This document shows, one piece after another, positions 1 through 12,597 of a DNA stretch of 64,000 bases. This stretch comes from Auanema rhodensis (lineage: Eukaryota > Animalia > Nematoda): assembly GCA_964057225.1 (NCBI GenBank), contig OZ059898.1:11594001-11658000 (forward strand). Direction: 5' to 3'. How positions within the stretch are numbered: the stretch's first letter is position 1; every line of letters starts with the position of its first letter. A program made the translations under genes and the position numbers. The notes below the pieces were generated by a model. It saw nothing but the letters and a program-made list of their open reading frames with translations, ran no database searches and was not told the DNA's origin.

Positions 1-369
1 GAGTTCTATTTCAAATATTTCACTTCTTTTTCATTTTATTTTGAACGAATTACTACGATTCGATTAATTAGAAAAACAAAGATTTGTTAATTATATATTT
101 TATTTTTAAAGTTAACTGAATATTTTCTAATAAATATGATAGGAGATACAGTTTTTGTATTTTATTTATTTATTTCTAACATTTTAAATATTTAGTTGAT
201 CCAGAAAGAAGCTGACGTATTGAGTTGACGTATGACGCTTGTAAAATAATTTTTTTGGCAACATTTATCACAATCGGTTGCATTTGTACTGTAAAAATTA
301 TAGAAAACTATATAATTATAAAAAATAAAAAAATATATTAATAATTATAAATTAATTAATTAACTAATT

Positions 370-859
370 GAACCTTTAGAACGAAAACAAAAAAATAAAA
401 TTAAAAAAATTTAATTTTAGATATTTTGCAAGTTCATATAGTATATATTTAATCAAAATATATGTTTTTATAATAAAAACTTATTTTAATAATATTTTTA
501 AATTTATAAGGAAATATAGTATTATTTGAATAATTCATCTTAATATAACAAAATTTGAGATTAGCAACATGTTAATTCATTAGAAATAATTTTAAATGAT
601 TCTAAGCACAAAGCTCGATAGCTTCAATAACAAGTGATCATCAACATCTGAATCTTCCTGAATATCTATGAAGAGAACAGTGTCGACGTACAACCAAGTT
701 CTCCCAATTTAAAAGAAATATAGATAAAATTGAAATTTTTTCTAAATTTGTTTTCGTTTTTCAGCACTCAAAATAAGTTTTTTTTTCTAAATTTTTGTAG
801 TTTGTCTGAAAGGGTTTAAAGATTTCTAAAGGTTGTCCGAGGATTTTTGCACAAGACTG
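370..859 (-). mobile_element. Degenerate, truncated copy of the Tc1/mariner-type MITE at 11728-12258 (opposite orientation)
   Basis: 643-720 is the reverse complement of ~12005-12081, and 420-465 matches ~12122-12170. The end (GGTTGTCCGA...GCACAAGACTG|TA, 831-861) resembles the TIR followed by TA. The other TIR is not recognisable. Confidence 0.75.
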
Positions 860-1719
860 TATGTATTTATTTATTTTTAATATAAAAGATTATGAGAGAA
901 TCTATGAGATATTATCTTAAACTATGTATTGCTGTACTTATTCCGTAAATCTAAATATTGAATTTAAATTCATAATATAAACTAATTTTTTTAAAGTAAA
1001 ATTAGTTAAACTCATGTATTTCTCGTAACTGCTTTAAACAATTCTTGGAACATTTAAAAAATTGCTGGACAGAACTTGAGCTTACTGAAGTTTTTTTTTT
1101 CAAAATAATTGAAAACAATGATAGTTTTTTCTTCAAGAAAATGAAAAAGTCTTCTGAAAAGAAGAGTTTTTTTGATGTTTTTTTTTCACAATACCGTATG
1201 TCTGTACCTATTTTCATTATAAGTTTTATGATAATAAGTTGAATGTAAGTTTAAATATGGTAATTGATTTGTTAAAAATAAAAAACAAATCAAAGGTTTA
1301 TACATCAGATAATAGAAATATTCTATTTTTACAAAAATATTTACTGTTTTCACATTAAGATAAATTATTTCATAGGATAATACATAAAGATTTATGGTAC
1401 TTTTGAGGAAGTTCTAACATACGATTACAAATTAGTAACCATGATACCAGATTATTGACTATGTATCTGAACAACTTATGTTGTTAAGTTGTTCTAATTA
1501 AGTTTTATAATACAAATGTTTGATAGATTTGATATTAAATGATAAATATTAATCAAATTATCCTTTTTTTTGAGCAGTTTTTTTACAGAAATAATAGATG
1601 AACACATTGTAATTATAAATTTAAAAAAATATATATATATTTAATTATATTAAATAAATTTTATAATAAAAATAATTATAATAATAAATACAACTTGTGA
1701 TTATTAACTTTTATTCTTG

Positions 1720-3468
1720 TTAAGTCTTAATTCTTGAACTGCTTCGTGGTACAACACTATTTGAAAATTGAAAGTTTTTAAATTTATTTTTAATATAAAA
1801 TATGTGTTGTTCAACTCCTTTGTAAATTGTTTTATTTAATAAAATATAAACAATCGATGGTACTCCTGAAAATAATGTGTTAACTTGAGAAATCAAAGAG
1901 AGTAAAAGCATTTGAAATGTTACGACAGGCTGACCAGGTCCTACAACTTGCCGGATAACCGAACGAATGTGAGTTTTTTTGTGAGAATAATTGAAAATTT
2001 AAATGAAATTTCAAAAAAACGAAAGAATATCTCGGTTTTCTGAGGTGCTACTCGTACACCCCCCCCCCTCTACCCAACCTACTATCGGTTTTCCAAATCA
2101 GACGTTGGTCACCCTGCCATCTCTGATATGAATAGTATATGATGTCAACTACCTAAACCAATTTGATATATAGCCATTAAGATAATAACACATGATGTTG
2201 GTATTGGAATATAAAGAAAAACAAAATAGGCTGTGGTTACAATCACATTCAGTCCAGAAATGATCGTAGCTTGTCGAAAAACCTAAAGTATTAACTTGTT
2301 GTTTGAACTTCATCTACACAAATGAAACTTGAACCTTTTTCTGAATGTGTTTTAATGGCTTTTTGATTTCTTTCATTGCATCAAATTGCTTTAGCAAGCT
2401 AAAGCAGAAGAACGAGTACATGGCACAAGTTATAATAATTAATAAACTATTATTTATGATTATAGCATTTGAAACATACTGCAAAATATGATATTTTTAA
2501 TTATATTTTTAATATAAAATTATACTAAATAAGATTTATTTTTATAAATAAATGGATCGATTGATGTTATTCCATATATATTATGAAATGTTGGAATTTT
2601 ATCAAAGATACCAAAGTAAAGACCATAACAATAGCAGAATATAATGATCATGTATATTTTGGTTTCAGAAAATAATCTTTCTCTTATCTTATATCTATAA
2701 TTTATTATTTTTTATTATGAAATATAGCTTAAATTACTTCATAGAAGTGAATTCCATGATACGATTGAATGAGAGTAAAAGTGAGAGCATACAGCTTACT
2801 GGCCAAAATACTGAAAATTTCAAGTTGCAAGTAGTTCAAGTTCGACATCAAGTTCAAAAAAAAGCTAAAGCTTTCAAATTACTGACAGATATGAAGAAAT
2901 CCTAAGAAATAGATAGCATCAGGATAGTCACAAAATGATATTCCTTCATAAAATAAATAAGCTGAAATACATTTAAATATTTGAAAAAGTAAATTTTATT
3001 AATAAATATATACTATATGTATATATTTATATATAAATACCTGTAATAATATTATTAAGAAATATTGTAATCATATCATTTATTCCCATAAAAAACATCA
3101 CCTTATAACATGCATATTTATAATGACGTTTCTTCCACATAACTGATAAACATAATATATATAATATCTAATAAACAACAATAAACAATAATAATAAACA
3201 ATAAATAATAATTTATATTTATATTTATAACCATTACCTCACATACTATACCATATGTTGATGTGATTATACCCCAGATTGGACGCTTTATTGAATGACT
3301 GATTTGAATATCTTCCTCACTCATTGCACTGCAACTTTTCATTTTTTATTTAAAATTTTGGCACATCGGTTGCATCATTTTAGAATTTCTTTTTTAAAAA
3401 GATTCAGCTTACCTGCAGTTATATAAAGGATTATCAGTTATAGTTGAAAAATATAAATATTGATTCAT
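1720..3468 (-). CDS. Serpentine chemoreceptor, Srt family (paralog 1), multi-exon
   Basis: Spliced translation MNQYLYFSTITDNPLYNCS...RPIWGIITSTYG...YACYKVMFFMGINDM...VFRQATII...GVPSIVYILLNKTI shows typical Srt motifs, with GT-AG introns. Confidence 0.85.
1926..2116. mobile_element. Small hAT-like non-autonomous element in the last intron of Srt paralog 1
   Basis: Imperfect terminal inverted repeats CAGGCTGACCA / TGGTCACCCTG. Internal 2002-2060 matches the reverse complement of ~6145-6205. No clear target-site duplication. Confidence 0.5.
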
Positions 3469-4067
3469 AATTATATTAAATAACTGAATAAATAATAAAA
3501 GATTTTAAAACTCTCCAATAAAACACTAAATGTGGTATACAGAAGATGATCTGGATATCGAATACAATTCTAAAACAAACCTATTGATATGTACTTTATT
3601 AAAATATATTAAATTGAATAAAATTTAAAAAAAAAGTAAAATTTTATAAAGTTAAAACATAAATTATATATTTATTTAGATTATCATCATAACAAATAAT
3701 GATAATTATAAGATAATCTATGGTAGTTAGATTAATTTAATCTCATGTGACTTGCGTACTAATAATGATACTTACGTTGTAACTGCAAAATGTTTCAATG
3801 AAACTTATAAATTAAAATGTTGAAAACTGTTTGTATATGCAGCTTATGATATCATATATATATCATATTTTTCTTATATATTGTTTTAAAATGAAATATA
3901 AATTTGAGGAAAAAGATATGAAAAGCCTTGGGGACTTCTTCTTTTGTATGAAGAATCCGAGACAATACTCAGATTTTCCATTATAAAGAGAGAAAATGAA
4001 AGAAGAAGCTTGTTCAGTGGCACTTGTTCAATAGCAAAAGTTTAAATGAATTGAACTTATATGATTT

Positions 4068-5502
4068 CTAACTTTGCATCATAGTCGATTTCGGATCCGT
4101 TGAACTAACACGAGGCTCTAGTTTCTGAATATAATTCAAAGAATATACATATATCAATAATCATTTGTTGCTTACCATATCAAATTTATTAAAAAGTTTT
4201 CGAATATCTCTCTTAACGCCTTGTTTAATAGTTTGATTAATAGAAATATATATAAAAGCTGGTAATCCTAAACAAAATATTATTTTAATCTTATGAATTT
4301 ATTCAAAAAGTCAAATAGACCAGTTGACAATTGATATGAAATCATTGTGATGAAGGCATTAAGCCGAATTACTGAATATTGGAGGTTTAAATATCCTAAA
4401 GCCATTGTCCAAGTTAGCATATTCAATGCTAAAGCTTGAGTAAAAATCTTAAAAATAATATAAATTTATTAAAATTTATAATTTTTCATATATAAAACTG
4501 AACCTGTTTCTGTATCCGAAATGTAGTAGAAGTTTCAATTTGTTTTATTACTGTACAAAAATATATAATTGAAAAGAATGATGCTACAAGTATAACACAT
4601 ATGTTGTTCAAAACCACAAATTGATCGTCATACTGTAATTTTTGATTTTAATTTTCACGAAAATATCATAATTTATAAACTAAATAGGATTTATTTTCAA
4701 AGATCATCGGATCTAGATGATAAAAACCGATTGTGTTTGAAAATAATGGAGCAGGACCGCACATGAAGAAGATGAAGCCGTAGGCTGCTCCGACTGCAAC
4801 ACATATATACGTCCGACTTCCATCAAAAAAAAATTGCTTCAAATCAATTCTGCAGAAAAAAAAAGAATATAATTTGAAGCAATTGGTTGAAAAGATTGAT
4901 TACTTGTGCTTGAAAACTTCAACAGCACGGTTAAATGCAAGCAAGAGCCCTAAGTAACAGCCTGTACACCAACAATCTGGAAAGTAAGCTGAATAAGTTT
5001 TAAAAGTTTTAATAAAAACAAACAATAATGAATACATCCTACAATATAAATTGTATTTGGAGCATCACAAAAGGAAATTCCAGCATAAAAGCAATATCCA
5101 AGTATGAAATCACTATTTATTGATGAAAGCATATCATTTAAACCAAGAAAAAACATAATTTTATAACAAGCAAGTTTAAAATTTGATTTCATTAAGATAA
5201 CTTTCATACAAAGTATGTATAAAGCCTGAAATAAGTTGTTTAATTAAAACTTTATGAGCTTAACTATGTGTAAAACCTGTGAAAATATACAATAAGCCAT
5301 TATAAACATTCCCCAATATGGACGTTGAATTGAATGACTAATTGCTCTCTTTTCTGCACTCAAAGCACTAAAAAATAAGTTTTAAGCTCTAAGCTCTAAG
5401 CTCTAAGCTCTAAATTTCAATATTTAAATTAAAAACATATTCTTACCTGCAATTATAATAAGGATGTTCATCAATAGAATTATAATAGAAGTATTGGTTC
5501 AT
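4068..5502 (-). CDS. Serpentine chemoreceptor, Srt family (paralog 2)
   Basis: MNQYFYYNSIDEHPYYNCS...FKLACYKIMFFLGLNDM...CWCTGC...LAFNR...GLPAFIYISINQTIKQGV...KSTMMQS*. Confidence 0.85.
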
Positions 5503-5729
5503 CGTGCTCATACACCCGAGGACAAATTGTTTCAAAAAGATTTCTGAATAAAAACTTTATGATTTTCCTATTATTTTATCGATATGTTAAGTCAAAATAT
5601 ATTTTTATCTGCATTTGCATATTCTCATTATAATTTATAAGATAAAGTCTTCAAAAATCATTTATGTTTTCATATAATCATATGGTTAATTAATGAAACT
5701 TTTAGTACAAGCACTGAGTGAATATATTA

Positions 5730-5770
5730 TAGATAGATAGATAGATAGATAGAAGGTTGTTAGATAGATG
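5730..5770. repeat. (TAGA)n microsatellite
   Basis: Direct run of agat/taga units. Confidence 0.85.
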
Positions 5771-6142
5771 TATATGATATACATACATATATGGAACATG
5801 GTTACTAGACTATGATCCGGTCCAGCTTTTTACCGGAGACGATTACCTGAACAATTCCAAGTGTGCTGCATCTGCCCAACACTATTTTTAGAAATTAACT
5901 TATTTGTTTGTTTATTTGATGTTGTTTCTCATCACAATTTTAATTAATGAGCAATTACTAATTGATAAATCGTTATAGGATTTGCGTCATTACCGTAATT
6001 ATCTTCTATTTGTGATAAGAGACAAGCTGATATTCCAGGCAATTAGAATGGAAATGGTTATTGAATAGGAATATCATATCAAGCTTTAGACAAAGCTTAA
6101 TCTAATGTGTAAAATGGAAAAAAGAACAGTACAGAATATACT

Positions 6143-6207
6143 GAAGGGTACTAGAAGAACCCCAGAAAACCGATATATCCTTTTGCTCTTTTTTGAAATT
6201 TCATTCC
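6143..6207. repeat. Fragment of the dispersed repeat found in the 1926-2116 element
   Basis: Its reverse complement aligns by eye with 2002-2060 (AATGAAATTTCAAAAAA...TCGGTTTTCTG.GG). Confidence 0.6.
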
Positions 6208-7206
6208 AAAGGTTGTACGTTTAGAGAAGTCTTTGATGGATATATCATAGATATGAAATTCAAAATATATAGAAAACATAAAAAAGCTTTCAAGTTTGAT
6301 ATAATAGAAAGTATATTGGAAACATCATATTAAGTTAAGAATATGGTTCATAATAGAGAATTGAGTAACACAGTTTGATGAAAAACTGGGAAAATACTTG
6401 AACAAGAACATGCAAAGGATGACAGAAGTTGATGATCTTAATGTCTGAACTTAAGCTTAATTTCATTATTTTTAATTCACTAAATATTATAAAAAAATGA
6501 TTTTTATTAATCAGTAATACTGATATCTAATTATTTAAAATATATATATTTTCTCTTAAAAATATCAGAATAATTATATTAAAATATAAAAAAATATATT
6601 ATTTATAAATTAAATAATAATAATAATATTATTTCATAACAATATCTTGCAAAAATGTTTAATTAATATAATTATAAATAATGAATAAAAATAGAATCAC
6701 ATAGTTAAGAAATATTATAAATTATCTAATATCTATTTATATAATTTCTTTCTTTTAAACTTTTCTTCTTCTTTTTTTGAATATAAATAAAGATTTATCG
6801 ATATATTATTATAAAATCTATTGTACTTTAATGATTCAGAAAAAAAATATATATAAGGTTTTCTTTTTCAAAAATATTTTGAAGTTTAATGATCATTTTT
6901 ACTAATTAAAATTTATTTTTCTATTAAATGTTTTAATTTAAAACAAAATATAATAATGTTATTTAATGAAAATATAAAACTTTAATATAAGAATATAAAT
7001 AATGTGAGTTCAATGAATACAATGAAGATTGATGTATCTATCAGATTTCTATACAATTAGTAGTATACATACAAGCTTGTGCTAACCGATAATCCACAAG
7101 AGTTAGCCTGCACATCTCCTTTATTAGTCATTTTTCAAACAAGATTATCGTCTAAACATCAAGAAATTATCAACATAACTTCATTATTTCAAATACTTTT
7201 TAGTAT

Positions 7207-8606
7207 TCATGCTGCAGTTTTTTTTGACAAAGTATAAGCATTCTCGGAATAACTTACTGATGATGAGGTTCTTGGGATATTTTTTAGATACTAAAGCATT
7301 GGTTTTGAGCTTAATTATTATTATAAGTTTATTCTACCTTGTTAAACATCCGCAGAGTATGATGAAGTTCGTCCTTTACACCTTCTTTAATGGTTTTGTT
7401 CAATGTCACAAAGATAAAAGCTGGTAAACCTGGAATTGCCTTCAGTATCATTATTCGTCTTCCTGTTCAGAATACCTATTGAGATTTCATATAAACACAT
7501 AAAGCCGAAAGGTTCATAGTCTATGACTAAATAATCAGACAATAAATAGAATAATGCAATACAACAAGTTATCATGTTCAAAACTACTGCTTGAGTGAAA
7601 ACCTGAAAATGATTTCGAATTTCAGAAGAAAAGCAAAAAATGAAAAACAAACTCGACGATGAGTGTCAAACGTTGAAATATTTTGATGATCAAGTATTAT
7701 TTTCATTGTTTTACAATAATAAAGCATAGAAAAGACGGTTGCTAACAGTAGGACACATGCGTTGTTGAAAACTAGTATACTATCGTGATACTAAAAGATT
7801 TTCAATTGTTTTAAATTCAAAAAGAGGTTATTTAGAACCAAATGCGCCATATTATCAAAGATCATAGGATCCTGAAGAAAACTGCCTAATGTATTGGAGA
7901 ACAGAGGTGTTTTTCCAAATAAGAAGAAAAAGATACCATACATACTTCCAAAGATGATACAGGCATACACCCTATTATCATCAAAGAAGTATTTTTTTAT
8001 ATCAAATTTACATTGAGTAATTTCTAAAACTCTGTTCAACGCTAGTAATAATCCAAGAAAGCAGCCTGTACACCAACAATCTGGAAAGTAAGCTGAATAA
8101 GTTTTAAAAGTTTTAATAAAAACAAACAATAATGAATACATCCTACAATATAAATTGTATTTGGAGCATCACAAAAGGAAATTCCAGCATAAAAGCAATA
8201 TCCAAGTATGAAATCACTATTTATTGATGAAAGCATATCATTTAAACCAAGAAAAAACATAATTTTATAACAAGCAAGTTTAAAATTTGATTTCATTAGG
8301 ATAACTTTCATACAAAGTATGTATAAAGCCTGAAATAAGTTGTTTAATTAAAACTTTATGAGCTTAACTATGTGTAAAACCTGTGAAAATATACAATAAG
8401 TCATTATAAACATTCCCCAATATGGACGTTGAATTGAATGACTAATTGCTCTCTTTTCTGCACTCAAAGCACTAAAAAATAAGTTTTAAGCTCTAAGCTC
8501 TAAGCTCTAAGCTCTAAATTTCAATATTTAAATTAAAAACATATTCTTACCTGCAATTATAATAAGGATGTTCATCAATAGAATTATAATAGAAGTATTG
8601 GTTCAT
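7207..8606 (-). CDS. Serpentine chemoreceptor, Srt family (paralog 3)
   Basis: 5' half is nearly identical to paralog 2. 3' half reads LALNRVLE...KTPLFSN...DPMI...VFTQAVVL...GLPAFIFVTLNKTIKEGV. The last-exon boundary is approximate. Confidence 0.85.
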
Positions 8607-9193
8607 CGTGCTCAGTCACACAAGGACACAAGAAATAATTGTAAAATAAAGCTCAAAAAAGGGCAGAATTGATAATAGTTGCAGCTGGAAAGCTTGGAAC
8701 TGGTTTGGATCTCCATTAGCACCCGTGCTTTCAAAGAATAAAATTGTAAATAGTACGTTGATGGAAGAGATACGAATGTTCAAATTCTGATATTTCAAAC
8801 CTCACTCCGATAAAAAGATTTTAATAGAAATTTAATTAAAAGTATATTTATATAATAAAGTTTATAATTATACTATGAGCACCTGTATCAACTCTATATC
8901 TATAGCACTTCTTAGAAAACAATTTATATATTATAAATTAGTCTAATTATTTATTTTTATGTATATATTTCTATAAAAATATTTTTTATATTAATATTAT
9001 ATAACATATAGTTGATTTATAGTTAATATAAGTTCAATAAAAGTTCTAAATCTTACTTAAGTTTAATTGATTATACGTAATATGTGATCTTTGTTTACAT
9101 ATAGTATACATTAATATATTGAACTAAGCAACTATATCTAGGAGAACAACCTAAACTTCTAGACATCGAGACATATAAGATACATATCTTGTA

Positions 9194-9388
9194 TTTTCAA
9201 CTCAAAATTTTGCAACTCAAAATTTTGCAACTCATACATTTCCAACTCAAGCTTTTGCAACTCAAGCTTTTCGAACTCAAGCATTTCCAACTCAAAATTT
9301 TGCAACTCAAACTTTTCGAACTCAAGCATTCCCAACTCAACATTTTGCAACTCAAGCTTTTCCAGTTCAAGCTTTTCCAACTCAAACT
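9194..9388. repeat. 15-bp minisatellite, 13 copies (consensus ~TTTGCAACTCAAGCT)
   Basis: 13 imperfect tandem units counted directly. The array ends 30 bp before the Srt paralog 4 ATG. Confidence 0.95.
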
Positions 9389-9418
9389 ATTGCTTAAACT
9401 CTTAGTATTATTGCTATA

Positions 9419-11092
9419 ATGAATGAGATTTATTTATATGGATCACTTCAAAATAATCCCCTATATAATTGTAGGTAAATGTATTATTTTCGATTATTTA
9501 AATAATTTTTTTTATTCAACAGTTCTACTGATCTAAAAAATTATTCAAGCTATCCTATAAGACGACCATATTGGGGACTAATTGCTGCATTATATGGCAC
9601 TGCTGCTGAGGTATTCTAGCAAAAATATTAATTATATAAACTATATAAAGTTTTTAAATATTAAGTTTACATATATTTTATGTTTAATTGTTATGAAAAA
9701 TAAACATATTTATAAAAATGCTTGCTACAAAATTATGTTTTTACTTGGAATTATTGATATGATATCGTCGTTTATTAATAATTTTATCATAGGTTATAAT
9801 ACTCAGCATATTCTTATTAATTAATGAACTTAACTATTTTATAGCATACAGCCTGGCTTATGGACTCGAATTCTGTGATTATCCTACGTTCCTATTCACT
9901 GCTGGTTGTTTCCAAGTAGGTATGTAAGATTTTCAGCTTGAAGCTTAAAGAAAAAGCGGGCTAAGTTTTTAGATCATGTTATTAGTTCTGAGCATGAGCA
10001 GCACAAAGAACTTCAGTGATAACATTTAGAAAATACATGGAATAGGCAAATTATAAGAAATGTATGTAATTCAGGCTGTTGGGCATCCTCATGTTATCTA
10101 TGTCTTTTCTTGGCTCTAAATCGTGTTATGGATGTTGTCAGAGTTCGGTATATAGGAAGAGAAAGACAAGTTTTCAATCAAAAAATTACAGGAACGAAGT
10201 GATTGATTTCTTTTATGGACATCTGAAGATACATATATTTTCATTTTTTGGTATTATATATGGATTATTGTTTGTATTATTTACAAAACCAGTTATTTAT
10301 ATTAATTCTGTAGCTACAAGCTTATTTGATCCTCAAATCTTACATAATCAATCAGATTTAGTAAGAAATAATAATTTTTAATAATTAGAACGTCTTCATC
10401 TTGTTACAGTATCAGAATCCTCTACTCATGTGTAACAATATTGGAGTTGTTATAGCTACATGTACTCTTTATGGAGTATATTGTAATCTACTTTTAAAAT
10501 CATTTACAAAAGTATCAGAATCAACACAAACAATTATTCCAAAGTATCAGAAACAACTAAAGATGGTAATAGCCTTCATTAGCTTTTGAAGTATTTATAT
10601 TTCAATTCATTTTTCGGTTTTTATTCAATCAACAATTCTATGTGTTACTAATGCATTCTGTGCTTTTACATATGTAGCTTTTACTATTCTCTTTCCTACT
10701 CTAATATTTATCCCAAAAACGACTTTAGTTGTATATCAAGTCACTACAGGTTACATCTATCTCAATTTTAACACTTACAAGTCACATAGTCTCAAGCTTA
10801 TCTCATTCAAATAACATATCAACAATCATAATTTTTAAATTTCAATATTCTCTCTTCAGGATCACCAGCTTTCATTTACATCGGTCTGAATCCTACCATT
10901 CGAAATGGAGTTCAAGATATATTTCGCAAGATTTCAGATGGAGTATGTCATTTGTTCCCAAAGACAGAACATTATGAAATCAATTTGTTTCAGACCCTTA
11001 AGCTACATCATGTTGTAGGCAACATGTCATATTCACATCGCCAAGACGCAATAAGAGTATTGTCTGAAAACAGAATTGAAAAAAAATTTTAA
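9419..11092 (+). CDS. Serpentine chemoreceptor, Srt family (paralog 4); one splice acceptor appears defective
   Basis: MNEIYLYGSLQNNPLYNCS...RRPYWG...YKNACYKIMFLLGIIDM...LALNR...FTKPVIY...FDPQI...GSPAFIYIGLNPTIRNG. The acceptor at 10611-10616 reads TTTTCG rather than ...AG. Confidence 0.8.
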
Positions 11093-11727
11093 TTATATAT
11101 ACTATATAAAATAATTTTAATTAGAAAATGAGATAATATTTTATTATATTAAATCTAATGAGAGTGATATTCAGAATATTCTAACTATACACATACATAC
11201 ATATATCATCTGGTTTATCTCTTTAACCTTAACATAACATTTTAGTTATATAAATAATTGATCTTTTTCATATAAATTGAAAGAAAATTTGATTATATAT
11301 TATATAAAATTATTATTATCGAAAATCATATTTCGCAGAAAAAAAAGATAATTTAATCTTCCAATTTCAAAAACATTTTGAAAAAATACTTCCTTAATAA
11401 CAGTGCCAATTTTTAACTATATTTTTTTGTAATATACTATTCAATTAATACTAAATTGCAATATTATTTATTATTTTATTTATAAATAATAAATAAAAAT
11501 ACATAATATTATCTATATTTATAGTGTATAAATCATATTAACTTGAATGTTTTCTTATATTTGAAAAAGAAGAACTTTTGCAGGAAGTAGAGCGTAGATT
11601 ACTTTGCTGAATTGTTAACCGTTTCACTTCTTTTTTGCCTACACCCTTTTTCTATTTATGTATATGCTTTCAAGCAATTTTTTTTTGTTTTTTTGAAATT
11701 TAAAAAAAAATTTCGAAATACTATGTA

Positions 11728-12258
11728 CAGTCCTGTGCGATGAAAGTCGGACACCCACTAGAAACCCTTATATCTTTTCAGACAAACTACAAAAATTCAG
11801 AAAAAATACATTTTGAGTGTTAAAAAACGATAATGAATTCAGAAAAATATTAAAAATTTTGAAAATCATGTTTGGAAGTAATTTCTGAAGTCTCCGAAAT
11901 TTTCATAAACTGCTTGAAGTCTTCTTTCGTGAATTTCAGAAGTTTCATCAAGATTTCAAAAAATAATGTTTCTATAGAATGTTAGAAGTACACTAAATGT
12001 CAATTTTTCTTTTAAACGGGAGAATTTGGTTGTACGTTAACCAAGTTCTCTTCATAGATATTCAGTAAGATTCAGATGTTGAAGCTTATTTGTTTGAAAC
12101 TATGCCATAGGAAAAACTTATTTACATATATTTTGATTAAATATAAACTACATGAACTCGTAAAATTTTTGAAATAAAAAAAATTTTTTTTTTGTAGTTC
12201 GAAGGGGTTTTCTGGGGCCTCTAACATAGGGGTGTCCGACATTCATCGCACATGACTG
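11728..12258. mobile_element. Complete Tc1/mariner-type MITE, 531 bp
   Basis: TA|CAGTCCTGTGCGATGAAAGTCGGACACCC ... GGGTGTCCGACATTCATCGCACATGACTG|TA: ~29-bp TIRs starting CAGT, a TA target duplication, and no transposase ORF. Confidence 0.9.
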
Positions 12259-12597
12259 TATATATTTAGTTTTATAAAAAATGCTTATATATAAACTTGT
12301 ACTAATATGAGTTCAGGGCTCAGATTCCTGTATGACATGGCGGTGATACAGGAAGCTCAAGCTCATAACTCAGATTGAAATATTTTTTTATTATTAATTG
12401 ATATTTGTGAATATAGTGTGTTCAATTGATAAAGATTAGCTTTTTCCTTCATTTTAATTTATTTTTTTGAAAATCATTCCTACACAGGTAATCCATCAAA
12501 GTTTTGTATATTTTTTCCACATTTGTCTTTCTGTCTTCTTTTTTCATCATATACCATACATCTAGTTTTTAATATTATTATAGAAGGCTACAAAAAT

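Noticed and set aside
1002-1242. Overlapping short K/F-rich ORFs
   Set aside because: Homopolymer-rich AT sequence with no domain or splice support.
5383-5413. (TTAGAGC)4 on the minus strand, resembling nematode telomere TTAGGC (copy at 8487-8517)
   Set aside because: 7-bp unit, only four copies, inside an Srt intron; no evidence of a telomere-addition site.
6372-6451. Possible C/D snoRNA (TGATGA...CTGA with a 3-bp stem)
   Set aside because: No rRNA/snRNA complementarity I could recognise, and such short motifs are common in AT-rich DNA. Would need snoscan or Rfam support.
9159-9419. Pentapeptide-repeat-like ORFs (EKLEL...) and a CRISPR-like appearance
   Set aside because: The ORFs in several frames are a by-product of a stop-free 15-bp minisatellite. 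There are no unique spacers or cas genes, and the context is eukaryotic.
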